A DNA stretch of 64,000 nt from Camelus dromedarius. Lineage: Eukaryota. Below, piece after piece: positions 53,101-64,000 of this stretch. The notes beneath the pieces are model-generated. The model ran no database searches. It was not told where the DNA came from and saw nothing but the letters and a program-made list of their open reading frames with translations. The translations under genes were made by a program, and so were the position numbers. Location of the stretch: the NCBI RefSeq assembly GCF_036321535.1, contig NC_087437.1, positions 49,974,001 to 50,038,000 on the forward strand, given 5' to 3'. The stretch's first letter is position 1, and each line of letters begins with the position of its first letter.

Positions 53101-54999
53101 TCCTTAAAGTACACAGGGGTTTTACAATTAAGTGGGAAATTCTCCTAGAAAATGCATTTTGAATTTGGTGGGTTTTTTGTCATGGTCCAAATATTTGAAA
53201 TAGAGCAAAGGTCTCAAAACAGTTTAAAACCGGACTTGGTTCTGGCATCCTGGTATTAGTAATTCTGCCACAGCTCTTTATACCGTGGCACTGTGTGACA
53301 CTGAAACGAGTCCTGCTATGATTCAGTATGTAACGGAATTCATCCATTCATTTAACAAACTTTTACTGATCGCCTACTATGGACCAAGTACCGCGCTAAG
53401 ATTTTTCTTTCCAGATCTATTAGATGACACTGCATTCTAACAGTAGTTTGGTATTGGAATTAGGTCTGAAAAGGATGGGTCTAAAAGATGTGCATTAAAT
53501 ACTGGACTAGATTCCACAGGGGTGGAAGTTGTGCAGTTCTGAGGAACTTTTAGCGTATTCGGTAAAAATCTGCCAGCTTTGTAAAGAAAGCGTGAGGTCA
53601 GAGGTAAGGAAATAACTAACATGCACTTTTTTCTCTTCTTACTTGTAATTACTCATGTGAGCTATAAGTAAGCAGGTAACATTCTGTGGTAAACACAAAG
53701 ATGCACCAGTTAGAATCCCCTTTAAGAAAGTAGTTGCTATCCAGCTGCAGGCAGAGTGGAGAACCGACAGCTTCCAGATGTGGGCGCCTTCAGGAGCAGC
53801 CTCAGTGTTGCAGCCAAGGTCACACTTTGTTCTGGGCCCCTGGGCCAGCAATAACTGAACAAGGCAGTGACACAGGGCTTGGTCCAGTGGGACACAGGGC
53901 AACACAGGACTCTGATGGTCCGTCTTGGCTCCAGAGCTCCCTGTTGGGTTGGCAGAGACTTTGTTAGGTTGATGGGACAGTCTGATGGGCCCTGTGGACC
54001 ACTCCTTCTCCTGTCCCTTCTTTTCTCAGGTGTTACTCAGGATTGGCCTCCTGGACAACACCACCTGCAGCACATCTGGACAACAAAGATATTGATACCT
54101 AAGGTTGAGATTCTAATGGAACTGCTTTCATTCAAGAAAGTGTCATTCCCTATGTTGTAAGTACTACTTTTCCACGTTGGAGAATGAATAGTAGATATCT
54201 AGGCATCTGCTACCTGTTTGGTGGGTTTCTTTTTTATTTCTCTAATGTGGAAATTTCAGGACAGGAATTTCAAAAATTTAACACTAAAATAAGCTGACAA
54301 TAATGACCACAGGACATCTTAACAGAGCCTAAGAATCAGATAAGCCTCTGTATTATTGGTCACATATTATGGTTCACAGGAGAAAGAGGGAAAGAAAAAG
54401 GAGGGGTAAGGAGGGGTAGAGAGAGAAATAGAGAAACACAACGAGAGGGAGAGAATGAGAGAGAGGGCACTGGTGACCAAGGATACAAGTAACTTGTATT
54501 TTTCTTAATTCAACAGCTAAATATGGCCCTCAGGACAATTATTTTCCTTTTCTTGTCATAGTTTCTTAAAAGTGAAAAAAAAATCTGTGCCCTAATCATA
54601 AAATACAACAAGAGAGTTCAATCTTTTGGCCTCCCTGAAACTGATATTCTATATATGTAAGATTTTTTTAAAATATTAAACATGAGATTAAACCTTTTAA
54701 AATTGTACTTTTAATACCATCTTGAAGTCATGGAACATGTATTGATCACAATTATACAATTTTCTACTTTTTGCTTGAATTCTTCAGGTATAGCAGGAGT
54801 TTGTGAAAGACTGTTTAGTTGGTAGCATTATGCACAATGCTTCCTTATCCACATGCAAATGATAAAAACAATAAGTGATGACATCTCTCCCATATTTACT
54901 TCTCATTTTCCCTTTGTCACTGATGCTTCTCAACCTTTGTATATTAGAATCAACTTCAGGAGAGAAGAGGCATCTTAAAAAAATACAGGTGACTGACAA

Positions 55000-55855
55000 A
55001 ACACTGGAATAGACATTTCTACAGAATAGATATTCAAGTGGCCAAGAAACACATGAACAGATGTTCACTAGTCATTAGGGAAATGCAAATCAAAGCCACA
55101 ATGACATACCACCATACAACTTCAAACCCACTAGGAATGCCTATAACAAAAAAAAAAAAAAAAAAAAAAAAAAAAGGAAAATACCAAGTGTTGGCAAGGA
55201 CATGGAGAAACTGGAACACCTGTACATTGATGGTAGGAGTACAAAATGGTTCAACACTGTGGAAAGCAATCTGCAGGTTCCTCAAAAAGTTATGTATAGA
55301 ATTGTCATATGATCCAGCAATTCCACTCCTTGGTATATATACAAAAGAATTAAAAACAGATACTCAAACAAATACATGTACATGTATATTCATAGAAACA
55401 CTATTCACAATACTCAAAAGGTAGAACAGTCCAGATGGACATGAACAGATGAATGGATAAATAAATTACAGTATATCCATGCAATGGAATATTACTCAGC
55501 TATAAAAAGGAATGAATTACTGCTACATAATACAACGAAGATGAACCTCAAAAACATTATGCTAAGTGAAAGAAGCCAGATACAAAAGGCCACATATTGC
55601 ATGATTCCATTTATACAAAATATCCAGAATAGGCACATCTGTAGAAAGAGAGCATGTATTGATGGTTGCCAGGGGCTATGGAGAGGAAGAGAATGGGGAG
55701 CACCTACTTAATGAGCATAGTGTTTTCCTTTGGGGTGAACCACTAGGTAGAAGTGGTGGTTGCACAACATGGGGAATATATTAAATACCACTGAATTGTT
55801 CACTTCAAAATGGTTCATTTTATTTTATGTGTATTTCACCTTAATAAAGAAAAAG
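55000..55855 (+). mobile_element. L1MA/L1MB-type ORF2 3' end plus 3' UTR
   Basis: ORFs 55038-55424 ([15 protein letters not shown]...[11 protein letters not shown]) and 55484- ([11 protein letters not shown]). The UTR ends 'ccactgaattgttcacttcaaaatggtt...tttcaccttaataaa'. Confidence 0.9.
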
Positions 55856-55868
55856 TAATATATACACG

Positions 55869-55902
55869 TGTGTGTGTGTGTGTGTGTGTGTCTGTGTGTG
55901 TG
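55869..55902. repeat. (TG)n microsatellite
   Basis: Direct reading. Confidence 0.9.
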
Positions 55903-56084
55903 TATCTGATCTTTTACCTGGATTGAGTGAACCAAAATTTCTTGGAGTCCAGGATTCAGTAGTTTTAAAACTTCATCCAGTGATTTTACTGTGCATCAAG
56001 GGTTGAACCTGGGCCTGTAGCTGTACCTTTCTTAAGAAAATTAGCTGGATAGGTATTTAAAAAGAAAGAAAGAAGGAGAGGAAG

Positions 56085-56590
56085 CTCATTTTTATTGAAA
56101 GCCCTTATCAAGCACAAGAACTTCATCAAACATTATCTCAGTGACTCCCACAGTAGTTCTGAGAGGTAGACATTGGACTTTCTGTACTTACCATGAAAAG
56201 GAGGCTCAAAGAAGTTACATAATTTGACTATGGTCAACCATCTGTTGAGGGACAAAGCAGCAATCATGTTCAGTTTGTAAGTGTATAACTGGCACCCTGA
56301 AGTTCCTGACATGTAGGAGGTGATGGCCTCATCAGGAAGTTGGGCAAATCCACATGAACTGTGGATTAGAACAGAAGTTTTGCAGCAAGACAGACCTCCC
56401 AGCTCTGCCACTTCTTTATCAGCCATATGACAGAAGCTAGGCTAAATAATCCTGGCTTCCTCATCTGTAGATAGTAATTCCTATCTCCTATAGTTATTGT
56501 AAGGATTTGATGAGATACTGTCTACAAAGCACTTTGGCATAGTGCATATCCCATATAAGTACTCAGTAAACAGTTCCTGTTATTAATTTT
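56085..56590. mobile_element. Divergent MIR pair (minus ~56085-56300, plus ~56350-56590)
   Basis: Minus copy 'gaggctcaaagaagttacataatttg...ggtca'. Plus copy 'cccagctctgccactt...ttcctcatctgta...gttattgtaaggatt...aagtactcagtaaa'. Confidence 0.6.
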
Positions 56591-57911
56591 GTTTTTATTT
56601 TTATTTTTTCACTAATACTGCTACTAATACTATCCAGGAAAGGGTGAACTCTGACCCACTAGCCATCCCTTTTCATACTGGGCAGTAAATGCCATCAGTC
56701 CTGGACCCCAGCCATCCTATGTGTTCTCTGAGCAGCCTAATACTATTGTTCTCTCCCATTGTTCTATCCAAATGCTAATTTTGAAAGACTTTAAATAGCA
56801 GAATTTACAGGCACAAGTTGATCATAAACTCAACAGACACAGGAACTAAAGAAATGCATCTATTTTAGGGATAAACAAGCTAATTCTAGTCTAATTTTGC
56901 TCATTCTTATAAGCACACGTTTTTGGTGATGTGAACAGATGAATTTTACGGTAGGACTCAGATTTCTTTTTCTTATTAAAGTTTTTTATTTGAGATGTGC
57001 TAAAGGACAGATTCTAAGAAGCAAGAGTGTAATTATAGATTGAGCATCTCCCGTATGGCCTGACAGAAGTCTACCGTCACTTAAGAAGCCATTACAGCAT
57101 ATATTTAATGTCAGCTTGATAGAAAAAAATGCTTTCATAGGTTCTCTTTGATTGACACATTTGAAATGACATCAGTTTCCAGCTTTAAAACCTACTGTTA
57201 TTAGGTCTCTGTTGCTATTTATGTTAGAAATATGTGCACGTGTGTCAAAACAATATATCAACTTTGCTGATTGGCTGCATCTAGATTCTGTTGCCAAGGG
57301 TAACAGAACAATTGCTTTTAATCTTTCCTAAATTGCTGCTTGGTTTTTTTTTTTTTTTTTTCCCTAAGTACTTGGGGTTTTCAGGGATTTTTTTTCACCC
57401 CAGAGCAAAAATAAAGAAATTTTATGTAAGGAGAAAACAAATACATATTGTCTATGTGTGTTAAAAGGAAAATGAAATTCAAAAGGTATAGTTGCTATAT
57501 ATGTTAATTTGTATTATCATCTATCACAAATACTGTGGTAGTCCTGATTATTAAGGCTGAGCTGATTAGGAAAAGAACATCTCTACTTCTAAATGATGCA
57601 GCACCCACCAAACCATTTGCTCTTCAGGATCGAGGTCTTCTCTCTTTTGTCAGAAAGCCAACTTCACAGGTTCTTTATTGTAGAACAGGAACGTATATGA
57701 AAAGAAAATAATGTGTCGTCAAAACTTTGCAGTCTTTCCTGCCTTATTTACCGAGCAGAGGGTGATGAGCAAGTCCTTACCAGTTACAGATTCCAACTCC
57801 AGCCTCTGGAATTTGAGAAGATTGAGAAAACTAATTTGAATGCTCACATATGTATATGGTATGCTTGTAAATTAACCAGACAGGTCCTTCTGTCTGTCTT
57901 ACTTTGTTGTG

Positions 57912-58070
57912 GTAACAGCTCTCAAACTTCATTGGGGTACTTGTTAGAAAGGTCCTGGACAATACTCTCAGAGATTTTGGTTCTTTAGGACTGAGGTGGG
58001 CCCTGGAATTTACAATTTAAATGATGATTCTAAGGCAGGTAGTCCAAGGTCCACATATTAAGAAACACTG
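57912..58070. mobile_element. MER5A-like MITE
   Basis: 'ctctcaaactt...ctcagagattttggttc...ctgaggtgggccctggaattt...gatgattctaaggcagg...ccacatattaagaaacactg'. Confidence 0.55.
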
Positions 58071-58505
58071 CTTTGTACTTTCCAATGCACATTTCCACAT
58101 GTACTTTTCAAACTCCACATTCTTCCCTTAGAACAGTAGAGGAAAGGCTCCTATTATGGACAGTCCTGTGCCTGGGTGAAATAGTCAAATGGCCAAATAG
58201 TAAGAATCTCCTGGAAGGTACCACACCCCCTATCCCTTACATTTGACCCTTTCCCTGCAAAATTAATTAATTAAGCATTCAATTAATTTTAATAAAAACT
58301 AAATTAAGTCACAATATACCCTGCTTGATGTCCTCTTCTACCAGTTTTATCAAACTTTAAGATTTTAAGAGAATGTAAGTATTCTTGGGAGGTGTAACAA
58401 CTCAAGTTATGATTTATCACCTTCTTTTGAGTGTATTAGAGGCTTTGGTGTGATGAGGAAGGAAGAGAAAAAAATAAGAAAACTGGATATCTGATGTTAA
58501 TCTGA

Positions 58506-58941
58506 TGCTATGGGCTGCATTGTGTGTCTGCTCCCCTCTCCCCACCCAAATTCACATACTGACGTCCTGATCTCAGTACCTCAGGATGTCACCTTATATG
58601 GAAATTGGGTTATTGCAGATGTGATTAGGTAAGGTGGTCATCAGAGTGGGCTCTAATCTAATATACCTGGTGTTCTTGTAAAAAGGAGGAATTTGGACAC
58701 AGAGACAGACACACAGAGCAAGGACAAAGTGAAGACATAGAGAGAACCTCATCTCCAAGCCAAGGGGAGAGGCCTGGAACAGAGCCCTCCCACACGGCTC
58801 TCAGAAGGAACCAACCCTGCTGACACCTTGACTTTGGACTACTAGCCTCCAGAATTGTGACACAGTAAGTTTCTATTGTTTAAGCCACTCAATGTATAGC
58901 ACTTTGTCACTATACATTAGGAGCCCTAGAAAGTGAACATA
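58506..58941 (+). mobile_element. MLT1 (MaLR) solo LTR
   Basis: 'tgctatgggctg...cagtacctcaggatgtcacctta...cagaaggaaccaaccctgctgacaccttga...gcctccagaattgtga...tgtttaagcca'. 5-bp flanks tctga/actga. Confidence 0.9.
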
Positions 58942-61291
58942 ACTGAGATAAAGAGTCAGCAGAGGAAGAATATGGCCAAAGATTAGAATCTCCAAAACAA
59001 ACTCCTCCTGTTCATACTTTCGCCTCTGTCTGTAGCTGTCTTGTTTAACAGAGTAAAACAAAACCAGTACTCCTAGTTAAATATGATTCTATACTCCTAG
59101 AAGTGAGGAGGGCCCTTATTATCTAGATGCAATTCAAAAACCAGAACTTGTATAAGCTGTACATGTTCTAGATGCTATGTCAGCAATACCACCCAAAGCA
59201 GAGTTCTGAGATACTGGGATCCAGAGTTCCACATGAAAAATAACATAAAACAAGTTGTTTAAAATCTGGTGAAGGGATGTACTTTGTAAAAGAGAAACAA
59301 CTGCATACACTAGCGGTGGGAACAAGCTTCTCATAGCAAACATTTCATTTCGGCAAATAGTAAAAGAAATCATTCGGAGCTAGCTTTTCAGGGTAGCTCC
59401 ACAGGAATCAAATTTCTCTGAAATTGTTTGCGTTGCCAAGTCTGTCTTTACTGTTGTCTCACCACTGCTTCTACTTTCTACCCAAAGCTGTCTGTTATGG
59501 TACAACACTTGGCCAAGAGTGATATGATCTCAATCACCGAGCTCAGACTGCAATCTGTCTGCATAAAGCTGCAGACGGAGGGTTTCGGGAAAAGTGTACT
59601 AGGAGGGGGAAAAAAATCCACAAGAAAGCAAGGGACTGAGTTATAGACTTAAAAACAAAAGAAGTTGTAAGGTTTGCTGTCACGAATTTCACTAGTAAAA
59701 TAATCACTGTGGAAAGCTGGAGGGAAAAAGCAGGCAAAAGAACTACGGTGGCAGACTCTAAGTGATTTCGTAAAAAGGAGAAAACAATATAATCAAATCA
59801 GCATGCAAAAAGCAACAATTAAAATGTAATAACACCATGTTCTTTATTTATAATGTGAGGAGTTGAGTGGAATAGAGGACCAGTTATACATTCAATGGAG
59901 TGGAAAAAAATAATGTCAAGCTTGGGAGAAAAAGAGAATTTAAGTCTTATAAAATAAGAAGTGATGAAAGGTGAGAAATATATTGAAAGATCTATCTAAT
60001 TTCATAAGCATAAAACAGTTTGCCCCCTTTTTTATTATATCTCCAGATGCAATTTGGTGTCTGGGGTTCAGGAAAGCAAGTTAGTGTCAATGTTCAACAC
60101 ATTTACACCATCAATTCCATATGCCATAGAATTCGTTCCAGTAGGAGGATGAAGCCCAGTATTTCGTTTTTATGTCACTACTGAAATGTAAACAAATAAG
60201 AATTTGCTTAACCCTTTCCCACAGAATTAAGCCTAATCAATTGAACAGAAGTCCAATTTCCCCCATTTAGCAATTATGTTAAAAACATAAAAGGAGACTC
60301 TTCCTGTTACAATCAATTTGATTTTGTTGCTCATTATAGCTTATTGTAGAACTAGATTTAAATAACTTTTTGTTGAAACAAAAAACCAGCTCCATTCTTC
60401 CAGTTTTTTGACTTTATTCTTTTTCTCTACCTGTCAGTCTCTCTCCCTCTCTTTCTCTCCTCCCCACTCTCTTATCTGTTCCCCTAATTCACCTTCACAT
60501 TTTAAATTTACCCAAGTTTCCAATATCATGAAAGACATTTTCTCAATCTCTAGACAGTATGACATTGGATTGTTATGAGGATTAAAATAGATAACCAGGT
60601 AAAGCCTATAGCACTATGCCCTACAGTAGTCAGCTCTTAAGTACTATCATCGTTTCAAATTTTGCTCCTCCAATTCTTGAGTTTATTTCATCAGATCCAG
60701 ATTTTATTATGGCTGCATAAAGCTAGTCTAGGAGCAGAGGGTTTTGAGTTAGTCATATACCTATGAAGGACTGGGTTTAATAATCAGAAATCTCAATATG
60801 TAGAAAGAAATAGCCAGTCAGGACCAGTTCAACTGTGTGTTTAAGTTGGATTGTCTGCGTAAATGTAAATAATCTTCTTTCCAAAAAAAGTGCAAAAATA
60901 ATATATCTACTTAACTACCCTAATTGAGTAAAAATGATAAAAATAAAAATTAATTGTGTGGCATATATGGATGTGAGTTGTCTAAAGTCTGAAGTAAATA
61001 AATACCAAGTAATATTCTCTGGGCTGGAATAGAAACACTTTTTTTTTTGCTCCTTTTTACTTTCTTGTATTTTCCTAAGATTCTATAATATATATGCATA
61101 ATTTAAAAAGTTATAAGAAATGAATAGAATTTTCTATATATATACTCTATGTTCCTTAAAACAAAACAAAAAAAAATTATGGGAATCTCAGCCTCATAAG
61201 CTCCAAATGAAGCACCTCAGTAACACAGGGTCAGCAAAGATAAGGACTTGAGAATCAGGGCCAGAGGAAACCCTACCAAAAAAAAAAAAAA

Positions 61292-61292
<1 letters not shown>

Positions 61293-61334
<42 letters not shown>
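61293..61334. repeat. (TCTA)n tetranucleotide microsatellite, about 10 units
   Basis: Direct reading; follows a poly-A run. Confidence 0.95.
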
Positions 61335-61792
61335 ATTAGAGCATTCTTGAAATCGATGAGAAGTTTATACACACACACACACACACACATAGACACATGC
61401 ATATAAAGACTTATTATAGGAATTGGCTTATGCAATTATACAGACTGAGAAGTCCCATGATCTGCCATCTGCAAGCTGGAGAACCAGGAAAGCCAGTGGC
61501 ATAATTCAGTCTGAGCCCAAAGGCCTGAGCACCATGAGCATCAATGTTCAAGGGCAAGAGAGGAGAATACTCCAACTCAAGCAGACAGCAAATTCTCCTC
61601 TCTCTCTTTGTTCTATTCAGGAACTCAATGGATTAGAAGACGCCCACCTGCATTGGTGAGGGCAATCTTCTTTACTCAGCCTCCCAATTCAAACGGTAAT
61701 CTCTTTGGTAAACATCCTCAGAAATAATATTTGGCCAGCTATCTGAGCATCCTTTAGCCCAGCCAAAGTGAGCCATAAAATTAACCATCACA
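61335..61792 (-). mobile_element. MLT2 (ERVL) LTR with internal (CA)n
   Basis: 'ggaattggcttatgcaattat...gagaagtcccatgatctgccatctgcaagctggagaaccaggaaagcc...ataaaattaaccatcaca' is the MLT2B reverse complement. Confidence 0.85.
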
Positions 61793-62409
61793 GTCCTGTA
61801 TTTACTTGATAAATAAGCAGTCCTCCGTGTGGTGCCTAGAAGAAAGGAAAGTGGAAAAAATCTGACTTGAAACAGACTAACAGAGCCAAAAGAAAACCAA
61901 AAAAAAAAAAAAGAGTAACCCAGGCTTCTTGAGACCACCTGCCACGAGCATAGCAGTCTATGCTCATCTTCACTACCTATTGGCAATCTGCTTCTATGGT
62001 GGCAAAAGCTTAGGCATTTTCCAATCTGAGGTTCTTCAGTTCTGCACTGAGGACCGGCACTACTTCCACAGGATGAAACAGAGCCTCTGTTGGAGGCAGA
62101 TGAAGAAAATGTTCAAGTCCACCGACCCCCACCCCACTTTCCTCATTAAAAGCTCACAGTGTCTGTTCATGCCTGACTCACAGTGGGTGCTCAATAAATG
62201 CTGTTTGAATGCTTGAATGAATGAATATATGTGAGGTTCATTACAATAATTCTTTCTCTGTCTTATTCCTCTCCCTTCTTTTGACAAAAATCTAACACAA
62301 CACCCAAACCTTCCAAGTTTCAGTTCAAGGAAAGATGAGTTCTTTCCAAACTTTCCTTCTGAGTCCCTGAGAAGAAGGTGATGTGGGCAAACGAAGTGAG
62401 CAGATACTT

Positions 62410-62585
62410 TGGTGCAGGTCAAAGCTGGTTTCAAATTCTAGTTCCACTTTTTGGAACTTCTCTGAGCTTTGCACTTCTTTGCTGACAAAATGGGAATAAA
62501 AACTTCCAAGAGGGCTAAATGAAATATGTTTAAATTTCTACTGCAGTGCCTAAAATATAGTAAGTACTCAGTGAACGTAACTCTC
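62410..62585 (+). mobile_element. MIR
   Basis: 'ggtttcaaattctagttccac...aacttctctgagc...aaaatgggaataa...cagtgcct...atagtaagtactcag'. Confidence 0.55.
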
Positions 62586-62894
62586 ATCCCTTAAGCGTTG
62601 ATATTTAATCCTTTCACTAACGCTCCAATATTTAGGATTGCCTCCGTTTTTACATTTTAGAAAATGCCAGAAAAAAAGAGATTAAGTATATTATTCAAAC
62701 ACACCCATTTCATGATAGAGTCTTTGGGAAGTAAAATGATGAAGCTAATAAAATATATCAGCTTGTTGAAGATTATCATATTTTAGAAACAAATAGACTG
62801 ACTTAATCAGGGGAGGAATAAGCTTGCACCAAAAACACCAGAACCAATATTACAAGGATAGTAAAACAAACAAAACAAAAACAACCAAATAGGA

Positions 62895-64000
62895 TAGTTT
62901 AAAATGAATCTAAACACTGACTTCACACCTTTGACAAAAATTAGCTCAAAATGAATCATAGATCTAATGTAAAAAAGCAAAAGTATAAAATTTCTAGAAG
63001 ATAACATAAAAGAAAATTTAGGTGACTTTGGGTATGGCAATGAGTATTTTTGGTACAACACAAAAAGCACAATTGATGAAAGAAAAAAACTGATGAGTTG
63101 GACTTTACTAGGAAGAAGGGTATAGCTCAAGTGGTAGAGCGTATGCTCAGCACCCAAGAGGTCAGGGGTTCAATCCCCAGTACCTTCTCGAAGCGGAAAT
63201 CAATGAAGAAACCTAATCACCTCCCCCTCATAAAACAAACAATACAAGTTGGACTTCACTAAAAAATTACTCTGCAAAAGACACTGTTAAGAGAATAAAA
63301 AAAACAAGCCACAGGCTAGGAGAAAATACCTGCAAAACACACAGCTGGTAAAGAACTTGTATCCAAAATATACAAAGAACTTGAAATTCATCAATAAGAA
63401 AACAAACAATCCAATAAAACATGGGCAGAAGATCTGAACAAGCACTCCACCAAAGCAGATATACAGATGGCAGGTAAGCAAGTGAAAAGATGCTACAAAT
63501 CATAAGCCTTTAGGGAACTGAACATTAAAACACCAGATACAACATACCTATCAGAATAGTGAAAATCCGAAACAGTGACATCACTGAATACTGGCGAGGC
63601 TGTGGAGTAAAAGGCACAGTCACTTTGGAAAACAGTTTGGCAGTTTACAAAGCTAAACCTAGTCTTATCACATGACCCAGCAATCACACTCCTAGATATT
63701 TATCCAAATGAGTAGAAAACTTACATTCACACAAAAATTTGTACACAGGTATTTACAGCAGTTTTAATCATAATTGCCAAAACCTGGAAACAACAGAAAT
63801 GTCTTTTAATAGGTGATAGGATAAACAGCCCATGGTATTTCCATATATTAGAATATTATTCAGCAATAAAAAGAAATAAGCATCAAGCAATGGAATGTGG
63901 GAAACTTGCATGTACATTGCTGAGTAAAGGAAGCCAGTTTGAAAAAGCTACATACTGTACGACTCCAAACATATGACATTCTGGTAAGAGGAAAACTAGA
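62895..64000 (+). mobile_element. Old LINE-1 (L1M) ORF2 3' region, interrupted by a SINE and running off the window
   Basis: 'cttcacacctttgacaaaaattagctcaaaatgaatcatagatct', 'ctctgcaaaagacactgttaagagaat', 'catgacccagcaatcacactcctaga' and 'gaatattattcagcaataaaaag'. Confidence 0.9.
63111..63246 (+). mobile_element. tRNA-derived SINE (camelid vic-1-like)
   Basis: A box TAGCTCAAGTGG (63123-63134), B box GGTTCAATCCC (63167-63177) and an A-rich tail. 15-bp TSD agttggactttacta (63096-63110) / agttggacttcacta (63247-63261). Confidence 0.9.

Noticed and set aside
55038..55424. ORF with a poly-lysine tract
   Set aside because: It is a poly-A expansion inside a decayed L1 ORF2.
57267..57304. MHC class II S-X-Y enhanceosome
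   Set aside because: The Y box precedes the X box on the strand reading CTGATTGG, and no X2 or S box sits in canonical spacing. Kept only as a generic RFX/NF-Y module.
63111..63185. Functional tRNA-Ala gene
   Set aside because: The acceptor and anticodon stems are degenerate. It is followed by a SINE body and A-rich tail, flanked by a TSD and inserted in an L1.
1..64000. CRISPR array, operon or other prokaryote-type system
   Set aside because: The sequence is mammalian, with no regularly spaced repeats and no long intact ORFs. The remaining short ORFs in the track look like chance ORFs.

Overview
Mammalian, AT-rich, non-coding genomic DNA. It is most likely camelid (alpaca/llama/camel), based on a tRNA-derived SINE at 63111-63246 that resembles vic-1. 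I could not recognise any host protein-coding exon, RNA gene or prokaryote-type system. The only ORFs with recognisable protein similarity are decayed LINE-1 ORF2 fragments. The window is a mosaic of interspersed repeats: a young 5'-truncated L1 with a perfect 16-bp TSD, older L1M pieces, L2, MIR, CR1, hAT/MER DNA transposons, MLT1 and MLT2 LTRs, and an ERV solo LTR rich in NF-Y and octamer sites. Unique stretches lie between them, several of which look like enhancers or promoters. Nearly all L1 pieces are on the + strand, and several well-formed minus-strand exon candidates exist. Together these suggest, by inference only, a long intron or UTR/lncRNA region of a minus-strand transcript. I found no convincing novel biological system. 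Repeat family names come from recalled consensus sequences, and repeat boundaries are approximate unless TSDs are quoted.
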